DNA of 64,000 nt from Vicugna vicugna. Taxonomy: Eukaryota. The stretch spans positions 248,001-312,000 of the forward strand of contig MU058868.1 in NCBI GenBank assembly GCA_013265495.1, given 5' to 3'. The notes beneath the pieces were generated by a model, which was not told where the DNA came from, ran no database searches, and worked only from the letters and a program-made list of their open reading frames with translations. A program made the translations under genes and the position numbers. Positions 13,401-25,700 of the stretch are shown here, one piece after another. Position 1 is the first letter of the stretch. Each line of letters opens with the position of its first letter.

Positions 13401-16400
13401 CCCTCATGCACTGAGCGGGCTGCTGCTGCCGTGAGGGGCACAGCACTGCCCGAGGGGACACCCACATGCCCACGAGCAGGACGAGACAGGACGAGCCGTG
13501 TTCTCAGAAGAAAGCCCACTGAATCCACGCATCAGCTGAGGCTGACCACCAAGGGCCAGCCAAGCACGGGCACAGGGCGACCAAGTGCTGCGGTGGGAAC
13601 ATTCCCAGCCACGCCCCACAGCATCCAGGGGCCACGCCCGGGACACGGGCGTCCTGAGGCTCAGAGCAGCGCTGCTGGCTACAGGCACAGAGTGGGGAGC
13701 CACCAGGTGCAGCGCACTGGCCCTGCCAAGCATGGACGACCCAAAGTGGATAAGCCTCAAAGTCACAACCCTGAGCAACAGCTTGACACATGAGACCCTG
13801 CACTGTGGGTCCCTCGCGTGATGACCCCAAAGAGCAAAAGGCAAAAGGGCATGAGGAAGGAGCAGGGCACACAGCAAAAAGTAAAGCAAACAGCTGTCAC
13901 TAACAGCAAGAGGGACGTGGGGCCCCAGGGCTGACACTTGTGTCTAGAACATACGGATGCCAGTCCACAGACCGCGGCATCCGGGGGAGCCAGGCACGGC
14001 TGCAGAGCACGGAGGGGGCCAGCCTGGGGGAGCCCCGGCCCCCGTGTCCTGCCTGCCCTTCCAGAGCACCACCTGGGAGGCCTGGAGGGAGTCCCAGCAC
14101 TGGGCCGCCGCACACACGCAGCACCGAGGAGAGGAGTCAAACCCAGGCCAAGCTCACAAACACCGCGTCTTCACTAACGCCATCCTTCTAGTCTTTCACT
14201 TTCCTTTAAGGAGAAAAATACACACACACGCACACACGTGCACAGCACATGAAGCACAAGAGTCTCGATGGCACGAGGAAGCCACCAGCCACACGGCCGA
14301 GGGCAGAGAAGGCCTTCTCCCTCCAAGACCACCGCCGCCCAGGTGTCCCTGACAGCCCTTCTGCAGGCCCGGGGCCTGGGAGGTGGCTCCCATCCCACAG
14401 GTTTCTGCAGCCAAGTTGACTTGTCACCTTACACCAGGCCCCTCGGGTCCAGGAACAAACAAGAAAGGCCAGATTCGTCCGAGGTTCACATCCATAGGAA
14501 GGCGCCATGCCCACGGACAGGGCTGTCAATGCCCATCTGACCCCTATTCAGCCACCAGGCCGTGGGGTGCGCTGTGCCTAAGAAGAGCCCACCACAGGGA
14601 AAACCCGGGGAGGGCAACCCGGGGAGGGCAACCCGGGGAGGGCTGGCCAGACTGCATCTGAGGTTGCACTGAGGGGTTTTAGTCCCGCTGAGGCCGCCGC
14701 GTGTTTCCGCTGCATTAGAAACATCCTTATTTGCATGAAAGCACCTGGAGAGAAACAGCATGTCTGGGGTCTGCTTTAAAATTCTTTAGCGGGGAGGACC
14801 AGGGGGCCGCGGCCACCCTGAGACGTGGTCAAAGCTGGGGCACTAGCTTCGTGGACACTGGATAATTAATAAAACGAGGCCAGAAACCGGGAGAAGATAT
14901 TTGCAACACGTGTAACTTAAAAATGACTGTTGTAAGGATGTACAAAATCAAACCAACAGACAATAAAACGGGAAAACTAGGCAGGTAAGCGAAGATCGAA
15001 GGCACCAAAGAGCATAAACAGCAGAAACGCTCGACTTCTTCATTAATCAGGAAAAGGCAAAATCACTACTCAGATGCCCCCAACCAGGCGGCAAAATGAC
15101 AAAGGGCAGCTCCCCACACGGACAAAGCCCCAGGCCTAGGACGTGTGGCATCACTGCAGGAGGCAGCGTCTGTGGTGAAACGCAGGCCCTGGCACTAGGC
15201 AGCAGGGCGGGCCAGGCTGGGCCCCAGTGGGGTGACGGAAGGGTGGTGGCCAGCGCAGCACAGAAGAGCAGTCACCTTCCTCCTGGTTCCACGCCAGGGC
15301 CCAGTCCTACCCTAGCATCAGGGCCCCCGCCCGCGCCCACACCGGCACCCGCAGGAGAGGAGCACCCCGTGGAGGCCTGCTGGGCATGGGGAGGGGGCCC
15401 TGTGTGCTCCAGCCAAGTGGGAGGACTCGGGGAGGGCTCTGCTCACGGCTAGCAGGCCCGACAGGTGCAGGGGCTGGGCGGGCATGGCGTGGAGGGAGGG
15501 CAGGGGGGCCGTACCTTGAGGTCTCTGTGGATGATGGGTGGCTTCTGCTTGTGCATGTGCTGCACCGCTCTGCATGTCTGATAAAATATCTTCAGAACAG
15601 TATCGCACGAGAGCGGACCTTTAGACTCAACTTTCTTTAAAAATTCCACCAGCTGCCCTACAAGAGACAATCACCAGGGAGCTGTGAGTGCTCCGCCCGC
15701 CTCGGGCATGCGCCCGCCAGCCGCACCCTCCTGAGCCCGCTGGGGGCTGTGCAGCCCCCACCAGGGCGCGGGCCAGCGCTGGGGCGCCCTGTGCGAACGC
15801 CTGCCTACCATCGGCACGCCCCTCCCTGCAGAGTCCACGCAACGTGGCAGCTACGTGGGAAAGGATGACAAACATGCCCAACTCTCCAAGTACCTCTAGG
15901 GAACAATCACTGCATCCTCTGCTAACTCTTAAATCAATGTAGCACCTCCGTCATCACACCCTCCACGTGCACACAGATGCGGAACGGAGCGTGCAGGGAG
16001 AGCACGACCAGACAGCGAGGCTCTGGGCACCAGGACGCTGTTCTCAGGGGCTCCCCACCTCAAGGCTGTGCCTCCCCATCTCTGTAGCCCAGGAACCCCG
16101 AGGCCTGCTGTAACCGGCCACAGCCCAGACCTTGAAGCCGGGCACCTCAGGTATAGGGTGGCCGGCCCCCTCCATGACTATGCATGGTCCCAGCCTCCAC
16201 AGGCTCCCACCACCCCCGGGCCCCGGACCCCCAACCCTGTTCTTGCCCTGGACGTCTCAAAGCATCTTCCTAGAGTCCAGCCTCTCCCCAGCCCCACGCT
16301 GCCCTCACCCTGGTCCAGGGCCCAGGCCACCTCGGCTCCCTTGCTCCCAAGGCCCACTTCACACACTAAGGGCCCGTGCCCGTCCTGCTCGATGCAGAGC

Positions 16401-19400
16401 CAGGGTCACCACACCTAAGGGCCCACGATCGGCACTCACTCGTTCTCTCCAACCTCACCTCCCATCATCCCCTGTGCTCATTCCCCTCGAGCCACAAGCC
16501 TCCTTTCTGTCCGTGCCTCAGGACCCTCACACCTGCAGCTCCTGGGCTCCCGAAGCTCCTGACCCGACCGTCGCCCTCCAGGGAGCCCTCTGCTCAGCCT
16601 GGCTGATGTGCACCCCTTTCCCCAACATGTGGAGCTGCCCGCCCTCCAACTCTGGACTTGGGTTGGGCTCTGTGCTGTGCCCTAGCCCTAATCCTCAGCG
16701 GGGCGGGGGCCCCAGGGGGACAGGGGTCCTAAGAGTAGGTGGGGCCCCCAGGATGTGGATGGAGCACAGGCCTCATGAGGTGTTGTTGAGGGTCTGGAGC
16801 AAGGGTGACAGACTAACTGCCAGGCTGGCTGGGGACGTGATGCGCTGGTGCAGGGCGGGGCACCGCAACGTCAGGGTTCACTGGCCTGACGTTCAACCAG
16901 AGTTAAGAGAGCTCTTTTTAAATTAATTCCATCAGTGGCAGAGCAGCCAGAGAGAGCACTGTGGAGGGCGAAGCCTTGGGGAATCAGGAGGGTGCAGGCT
17001 CCACGGAGCATACCCACGGTCGACTTCCAAAGACCTGCCACCTGTCAGGCACTACCACACCTGCTCTGCGAGCACCCTGAGGGTTCAGCCTGGGCCTCGC
17101 GCACCAGCCCAGGCAGGCGGTCCTGCCCACGCCACACGCAGTGGTGGGCTTCACGAGATCGCAGCATCAAGGATGCCCCTGACACACGTGGGCAACCAGG
17201 CCCCCCTCCTGGCGCCTCCTGCACCCCAGGCCCGCACGCACCTGCAGAAGGGCAGCCACAGCCTCTAAAACCGAACATCAAAGCCAAAGCATCCTGGATG
17301 GTGAACGGGGAACACAGCACACGAACCAGAGACACAAACAGCCGAAAACACAAAGACACACGTCCACTGCCAGCAGCAGAGCACAAGGCAGACGGGGACC
17401 CAGTGGGCAGGGCCTCCAAGGGGAACATGCTGCCCAACCACAGGAACGGGGGCAGCTCAGGGACCTCCCAGTGTGGGTCCTGCTGCACTGCAGACAGGGC
17501 CCAGCCCTGAGGGCCGAGGCAGCTGCCTAGCTCCCACAGGCCCAGCTCCCAGCCTTGCCTGACTATTTCCTGCTGCCCCAGAGCGCACGAGGGTGCCAGC
17601 GCTCACCCTTCCTCCCAGGGCCAGCTCTGCTCTCGCCCCCAGGGCGGGGACCCAGGGGAACTCTCCCCCCAGGGCTGGGACAGGCCATGGGCAGGGTGGG
17701 GGTGCAAGAGCTCCCGCCAGGCAGCTAGCCACGCTCTTCCACTAGGACCAGTGGGTCTCAGGAGCGAAGGTCCCGGGCGCACCCTGCTGTCGGGGCTCAG
17801 ACCTGCTGGAACCTGACCTTTGCAGAGCTCCATGAGCAGCAGGAACTCGGCCTGCCCCGTGTCCGACTCCTCTTTTCCTATTGATGCTGCAGAACAAAAC
17901 TGGACGATATTGGGGTGACCTGAAAGTTTTTTCTGTGGGGATCTTGTTAAAGGAGAAGGTATAAGCCTGCATGTTTGAGAACAAACATGTACACAATTCT
18001 ATAGTCAAAACACCGAATCCAAAGAGTGCACCATGGCAGGGTGTCAGAGCAGAAAGATGCAAGGGGGTGGGGGCAGCCAGGATGCAGGGGGTGTGAGCAG
18101 GAGAAGGACAGGCTAGGGTGAAGACCCCAGTGGGCTGGCCACACCCAGCCCCAGCCGAGCAAGGCAGCAGCACAGGGCGCGGCAGGGCTGAGGTGTGACG
18201 GTACACGCAGCCACTCAAGCCCAGCGAGGTGAGCACCCTCAGCCCAAGCGGCTGGCAGGCTCGCAGTGGACAGTGCTTCAGGACGGAAGAGAACTGATTC
18301 TGACAGCAAAGGGCAAAGCCCCAGTTTGGGGAGAACGTGTGCAGGAGTGGGGAGCAAGCAAGACGGGCCCTCTGTGCACGGACACCCAGGCCCCAAGCGC
18401 TCCAGCCAGGGTGAGACGTGAGACAGACCCCAGCCCTGAGCAGAATCAATATGGAGCCAGGCCTGGTGAGGGGCTGGGGGCACAGCCACTTGCCGGGTGC
18501 CGTGGGCCACATCAGGGAACGAGGGGCAGACATAGGGCAGAGGCACCGGTCGGCCCACCCCCAGGGCCTGTAGACCTCTTGTCAGGGACACCCACCTCCA
18601 CTCCCAAAGCTACAGACCCTCCCTGTTTATCACCCTGAGAGTGAAGAACAAGAAGAAAAGTCCCTTGTGCGAGACACGCCACAGGGAAGCCCAGTGAAAG
18701 CACATCGAGAAGGGTGCCGTCAGGAGCCGGGCGCGGGCCCCGCCACGCGACCAGGTCTGCGCTCAGTCCCCAGAAAGGATACCATGAAACAAACTTCCTG
18801 AATGATGGCTCTGTTCTTCTCCTCTTCGTCAGACAGTAATCTCTGTATCGGGAAAGAACACACGAGAGAAAATGAAAGATTTGCTCTTTCCATGCTGCAT
18901 CCAAGAGAACAAACACAACGCATCTAAGAGCTCACCCTGCCTAACTCACGTAGAAACTTGACAGAGTTTAAAGACCCTCGGAAATGGTCACGATCCAAGG
19001 ATGCAAGAAAAACTAAAAACAGGAGGGTTTTCTTCAAACAGGCTAGAGGGAAGGGAGGGGAGACGTGGGTCTGGCTCTGGACCGCACAGTCCAAGTACGC
19101 CCCCAGCTCAGCTGTGCACCAAGACCAGCCCTCGGCGAGTCTCAAGACAAACCAGCCTGTGCGCCCAGCACCCGACATGGGCCGGATGACCCCGCCGCCC
19201 ATTTACAGGTACACTGTGACACGTTGTTGCACATGAGTGGCTTTCAAACTCCTGGCATCTGTGGAGCCCTTATTTTGGCAGGATCAACACTGTGAGGTCA
19301 CCCTCCACCCTCCACTGGGTCCCCGCCCCAAAGCTGGAAGCCACAGCTTTAAAGTCCTCAGAACTGCTGGTGGCTTCACACTGAAATAACAAATAAGACA

Positions 19401-22400
19401 ACCAGACACAGACTGTAAGAAAGAAACATAAAATAAAGAAGGAACAAACCTCTGAAAATGTCACTTAGCGATTTCCTTTAAAACGAACTAAAACCACATA
19501 AAAATGCTGTCACCCTTTTTACCTTCAGTGCATACTCTCTGCCACTTCCCAGATCCTGAGCTTCATATACAAATGCAAACCCTCCTGAAAGTTAGAAAAA
19601 TACACGTGTCAGTTCAGTGCTGTGATTTTACTCAAAAATGAGCTTCAAAAATGTCTTTACTAAGTAAAATACAGGCTGGGCTTGTGGCCGCAGTTTGTTT
19701 TCTGCAACAGTAACAGCCCCAATTGGTGTAATATTGCCCTTTAAACATCTTGCTTTGAGGCAGGAAGGAAATGAACATAAGAACGAGATTAATGAGGGAA
19801 AAATCACCAAAACCAAAAGCAGTTCTCCAAAAACAAATCAATGACCAATATCACACATGCACATGGACGGAAGAATCCTTAGAGCGTTAATTCTAAATAA
19901 AATTCAGCGTTGGCAAATCAAAGCCAACAGCACACAGACACGCACAAAACATCACAACTTGGTGGAGTCAGTCTAACAGTGAAAATCAGTGTAATTCTGT
20001 TGATTCCATTTGCTTCGCTCTTCCTAGCTCCCTATAGTGGGGAATGACATCGTGAAACCCACAACTCTCAGCAAAGGCGGGAGAGAAGGTGAAGGGCAGC
20101 TCTGAGAGACGCACAGGGACCCCACGCTCCCTCTAAGATCAGGGCCAAGGCAAACGCTCAGCACCTTACTGGGAGTCCTGGCCAGGACAATCAGGCAAGA
20201 GAAGAAACAGAAGGAACCAGACTGAAAAGGAAGAAGAAAAAAGTTCTTCTTTGCAGGCAACGTGATTGCCTACGTAGACAACCTTGTACCCACCCCCCAG
20301 AAGTAGTAAATGAGTTCAGGAAGGTTGAGGGATGGCAGTCACACGTGAAAAGTCAACCCTAGGTCAGGCAAACACTTCTTAGATATGAAGACAAAAATAT
20401 GATCCATAAATGAAAAATACGATAAATGGACTTCTTCAAAGTGAAGAACTTCTGGTTTTTGAACTATACCATTGAGAGGGTGAAAAGATAAGCCCCTGGG
20501 TGTGGACTTTGCCAATCACACACCCAGTAATGGTCTTCTACCCACAAAATGTGAAGAAAGCTCAGTTCAACAACATTTTAATGGGCAAAATACATGAAAA
20601 GACACGTGGCCAAGATAAACAGCTGGCACACAGGCACGTGACAAAGCGCTCCACGTCCCTGCGCGTTGCGGGAAGGCACACTTACACCACAAGGGCCTGC
20701 TGCTCACCCCTCGTGCCGTGCACCCTGCTGACCCTGCTCGGGGGACACCGAATGGCACGATCAGTTTGGAAAACAGTCTGGCCTTCTTGACAAGTTAAGC
20801 ACACAGCCCCTCCACAGCCCAGTCATCACTGCCAGGTATTTCCCGGGGAAGAATGGAAGCACACACCCACACAAAGACCTGTACACGAGCGTTCACAGCA
20901 GCCTTGTGCGGAACTGCCCAAGCTGGAAACAACCCACCGTACGCCAGCAATGAGGCAGGAGCCAGCTGCCCCTACAGGGAGCACACTCACCCCCAGGTCA
21001 GACGGGTACCGCCAGCACATGGCACGGGACGCAAAGACAGCTGCTGGGAAGAAAGGGCCAGGAAGAAGTACACGTGCCCACACAGAAAGCCCCAGAACAC
21101 ACACACGATGTGCGGCGACAGAGGCTGGCCCGCAGCAGGCCAGGGGCCCACGGTGGGGGGGGAGGTGGGGCTGACGGCGGTGGGAGGGGGGTACTGCGCG
21201 GGCTCCAGATGGCTCCCACCCTGATCACAGCGGTGGCTCCGCTGATGCGCACTCCGCTGCACATGTTCAAAGTGTTCTGACACGTATGTGCCAAGTTCCT
21301 GTATGTCATTTTTATCTCAAGACAGACATGAGAAAATTTAAGTAATAAAAAAATCCACATGAAAAACAGATGAAAATCCATAAAATAGATAGTAGAAATA
21401 GGAAACAGATGGCTTCGCTGGTGAGTTCTATCAAGCACTGAAGCGAAGAAAGCACAACAATCTTTGCACAAAGTCTTTGCCAAGATAAGAGGAGAAAACA
21501 GTTCCCTGCCTATTTTCTGGGGCAGAGAAGACAATAAAGATACAATTACAGACCAAAATCACTCATCAGTGTGGAAATAAACGATCCTTGGAGAAGACCA
21601 GCAAAGTGATTCTGGTGACATGCAGTGAGGACAGAACGCTGTGACCACGTGGGCTCCACCCCAGGAGTGTTGGCAACACTGGCTCAACACTGAACAGCAA
21701 TCAGTGTGCACACACCATTAACCACCAGGGACGGAGGAGCCCGAGCAGACACAGAGGAACATCTGTCCGCGTGTAAAATCCACTCGCGATTTTTAAGTAG
21801 TGAAGTAAAAGCAAACGTTCGACAAACTCGGAATCAGAGGAAACTTCTTCAATCTGAGAAACAGCAACCACGGAAAGCCCACAGCTAACAGAAGACTTCC
21901 CGGTGTTTTCTCTCTAGGACCAAGAACCACACAGGGATGCCTGCTCTCAGCTCTAGTACGCTCGACTGGAGCCCCGTCAGCGCAAGGAGGCTAGAAAATC
22001 CAACAAGGAGCAGGAAGATCAGAAAGGAAGGACTAAAACAGTGCTTACTTACAGGCGATAGGCTGTAAAGCACACAACCTCCAGGACTCTACCGAAAGGC
22101 TCCAGGACTGAAAAGGGACCTTAGCAAGGTGACACAGTCCTGGGGACCCTTCTCTGGCCTCTCTCCCAGCTGCAGCCACACGGACACGGCTGCACTTCCT
22201 CAGACTCACCAAGCCCACGACCACCCCCACAGCCCCGCGGGGGCACCCCAGCCTGACTCACCCCTCCCCAGCGCGCCCCAGCACCTCCTGATACCTGGTG
22301 CTGCACTACACTCACTGGGATACCTGTCTGCCGTCTCTCCCACCAGGCTGTAGACACAGAAGGCAGAAACGCCACCCAGGTCGTTCACATTTGTGTTGCC

Positions 22401-22637
22401 AGCAGCTAGAACAGTGCCTGACACACAGCGGGCGGGCGATCAGAAATGTGTACTGAGCAAAGGTCCCAAGTGAAAGCACTTTTAAGATATTAAAACACAG
22501 CATCATTTAGATTACATTTAACGCCCCAAAAGCATATCAGGCGCTGTCTGTGTGTACAAGAACACGCAGACGAGGTATAAAACACCAACAGGAAGCATGT
22601 GCACTAACTCACGGTGTGGCTGCCTCTGGAGAGAGGG

Positions 22638-22700
<63 letters not shown>

Positions 22701-25700
22701 CAACCAGGAGGCAGAGGGACCTGCAACAGCACCTGTGACGCCTGAGTTTTTACAAAGGTTCCGGAGCCAAACGTGACTTTTCTTTCTGAAAAAGCTAACA
22801 TTTATTAACTCTAGATAGCAGAGACAAAACTGTGTGTTCTGTTACTCTTTATACTTTTCAGCATTTCTGAAATTTTTCCTAACTTAAAAAAAGTGCCCCA
22901 TTTCAAATTCTGTTACACAGCTACAGCAATTAAGCCCATGTGGCACTGGGGGAGGGACAGAGTCATAGATCAATGGAACAACGGAGAAAAATCCAGAAAA
23001 AGAGCCAGACAAATATGCCCAAGTGATTTCCGACAGAGGCTCCAAAGCAACTCCGTGGAGGAAGGACTATGTTTCCACCAACGGTGCTGGAGCAACCGGA
23101 CATCCACAGGCCAAACAAAAAGAGCTTCCATCTAAACTTGACACCTTGCACAGTAACTAACACAGAGTACGCAAATGGGAGGCTATGAGCCTTTTAGAGA
23201 AAACCAGGAGGGAAGCCCTGGAGACCCAGATCCCTGCAGAGGCCTCAGACCCAAAAGCAAGAGCAGGGCTCACACAGGAGACACTGGCAGACCCTGTTCA
23301 GAGGACAGAGCGCCCAGCTGCAGCTGCCAGAGAAGCCTGCAAGCGCTTCTGATGGAGGACTCGCATCACAACACATGACAAGCTCTCAAACTCAGAACAA
23401 AAACACAATTCGAAAACAGGCAAAAGACACAGAGACACTTCCCCTGCAAGGATGGCGGGTGGAAGCAAGCACATCGCCATCCTGAAGGCAGACGCCCCGA
23501 CAGCCTCCGTGAGCGCTCACTGCACAGCTGTCAGGGCGAAGGCAACATGCAACAGAGCGCCGGTCAGGACGCAGACAGACCGGATCACCCCGTGTCGACA
23601 CAGATGTGCCCCCTGCACATCACATGTTGAAGCCCCAGCCCCCAGTGTGCCGCATCTGGAGGCAGGGCATTCAGGGAGGTGATTAAGTTAACTGAGATCC
23701 TAGGACGGGGACCTGATCCAACAGGCCTGGAGGAAGAGGGGAGACCCCAGGACAGCCCCTCCACTGGTCTACAAAGAAGGTGCCGAGCGCCCACTGAGGG
23801 GAGGGGCCTCACCAGAGACCACCCTGCCGTCACCTGACCTCAGACTCCAAGCCTCCAGGACCGGAAAATCCACCTGCTGTTTACACTACAGAGTCTGTGG
23901 CCCATTCAGCAGCCTGAGCAGATGAAGAGCCCCACCCGCTGCCAGTGGGAAACGGGAAACAGGGTGGCTCCTCCAGAAACAAAACAGGCTGGCCACTTTC
24001 TCCACAACCAAACGTGCAGCCGCCACATGGCACCGCGCCTGTGCTCCTGGGCATTTGCTCCAGAGAAACGGAGACATGGGTCCACACGGAAACCCACACG
24101 CCAACGTTTAGAGCAGCTTTATTTCTATTGCCCCAAAAAATCAGGAAACAGCCCAGATGTCCTCCAGGGAGCGAACAGTTGAGTAAAATACTGTACATCT
24201 ACACCCTGCATGCTCTGCAGCAACAGAAGGGGACAAACGATGCCACACAACCTGACAGGTCCCCAGGGAGTCATGCTAGGCAAAAAAGCCAATTCCGAAA
24301 GCCCACACGACATGATTCCATTTCCACAGCATTCTTCAATGACAAAGTTTCAGAGAAGGGGAACAGAGAGGTGCTTCCCAGGGGTCCAGGAGGTGGGTGT
24401 GGCCACGAAAGGCACGAGGGGCCCTCATGGGGATGCGAACACCTGCTCCCAGCTGTGACAGCAATGCCAGCTTCTCAGGACGCTGCCATAGGGAAGCAGG
24501 TGGTGCGCCTGGACCTCTCTGCATCACTGCTTATAACTGCACGTCAATCTACAACTACCTCAAAACGAAGAGCTCAAATGAAAACAGTAATACCAGCACG
24601 TAACACCCAGGAAGGAAGGCCACGCCGGGCACTGCCGAGACCCTGTCCTAGGCAGCCGTTCCCGCGCGCCTTGCGGAATCGGGGCAGTCTCATCTCCGCC
24701 TCCTCACACACGTGTCACATGTTATATGAGGACAGGACTCAACGTCTGGAGTAACAGAGAACTCCCACAGCTGCTGCCCAATAAAAAGTGGAGAAACGAC
24801 CTGGACAAACATTTCACACACACAAAAGACACACGACTGGAGAGTCAGCAGGTGAAAACGTGTTCGTGTTCCATGCTGTACCACCAAGGAGGCACAAATT
24901 CAGCCACTGTGCATGCTCAAGAACACACCCAGCCGCTGTCACAAGGACAGTGGGCGACCGAGGCGCCGCGCTGGGGCGGAGGTACCTGGCGCGGCCCAAA
25001 TCCGAGGGGTTTGGCTGTTTCATGTAAAGTGAAACCTACACCTGGCCTAAAGGCCAGCGGTCCACTCCTGGGTATTTCACCTAAGAGTGAAACACACACA
25101 TGTCCACACACACAAGAAACCCTGTGAAAACGTCCTTGGCAGCTTCACTGCTGACAGTCCAAAACAGAAACACGCAGGCCCACGGCCGGGGTGCACACGC
25201 AGGCCGCAGGCATCAGGGCAGCGAGCCCGGAACCCCTAAGGCCGGTGGTGAACACGCAGGGCTCCGTGCGCCACACTCGTGACCTTCTAAAAGAGGAAAC
25301 CAGGCAGGCGGCAGGGCGGGGCGTCTGGGGCACAAGTTTCCCTGGGGCGCCTCGTCTGTCCTTTCTGCACGGTGTTTGCGTCACCACGCTTGCCTCTGTC
25401 AAAGCACTTAAACTCCACACCGCCCCATGTAAATGACTCAATTTAAATCACTTTTAATTAAAAGACAGAGGCACAGCATGTGAACATGCAACTACAGAGC
25501 GGGCCTGAATGACCAACAGGCACTGAAATACTCTCCAACTCATGAACCAAAGAAGCACCGATCAACAGAACCAGACACCACTCGTGCGCGCCAAAGTGAG
25601 GCGGATGCGGGGAGACTGGCTGCGGCCTGTCCTCCCATGGCACAGGGTCACGGACCATAGGGTGAGGGGCACCGCTGGCTGGGACAGCAAGCACCCAGGA

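Larger units (their letters stand above)
20020..25440 (+). mobile_element. Cluster of degenerate L1 ORF2 and 3'-UTR fragments in GAK intron 1 (with nested L2 and MLT1)
   Basis: L1 hallmarks TTCTTAGATATGAAGACAAA, GGAAAACAGTCTGGCCTTC, GATCAATGGAACAAC and CATGATTCCATTTCCA; heavily diverged; outer boundaries approximate. Confidence 0.65.
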
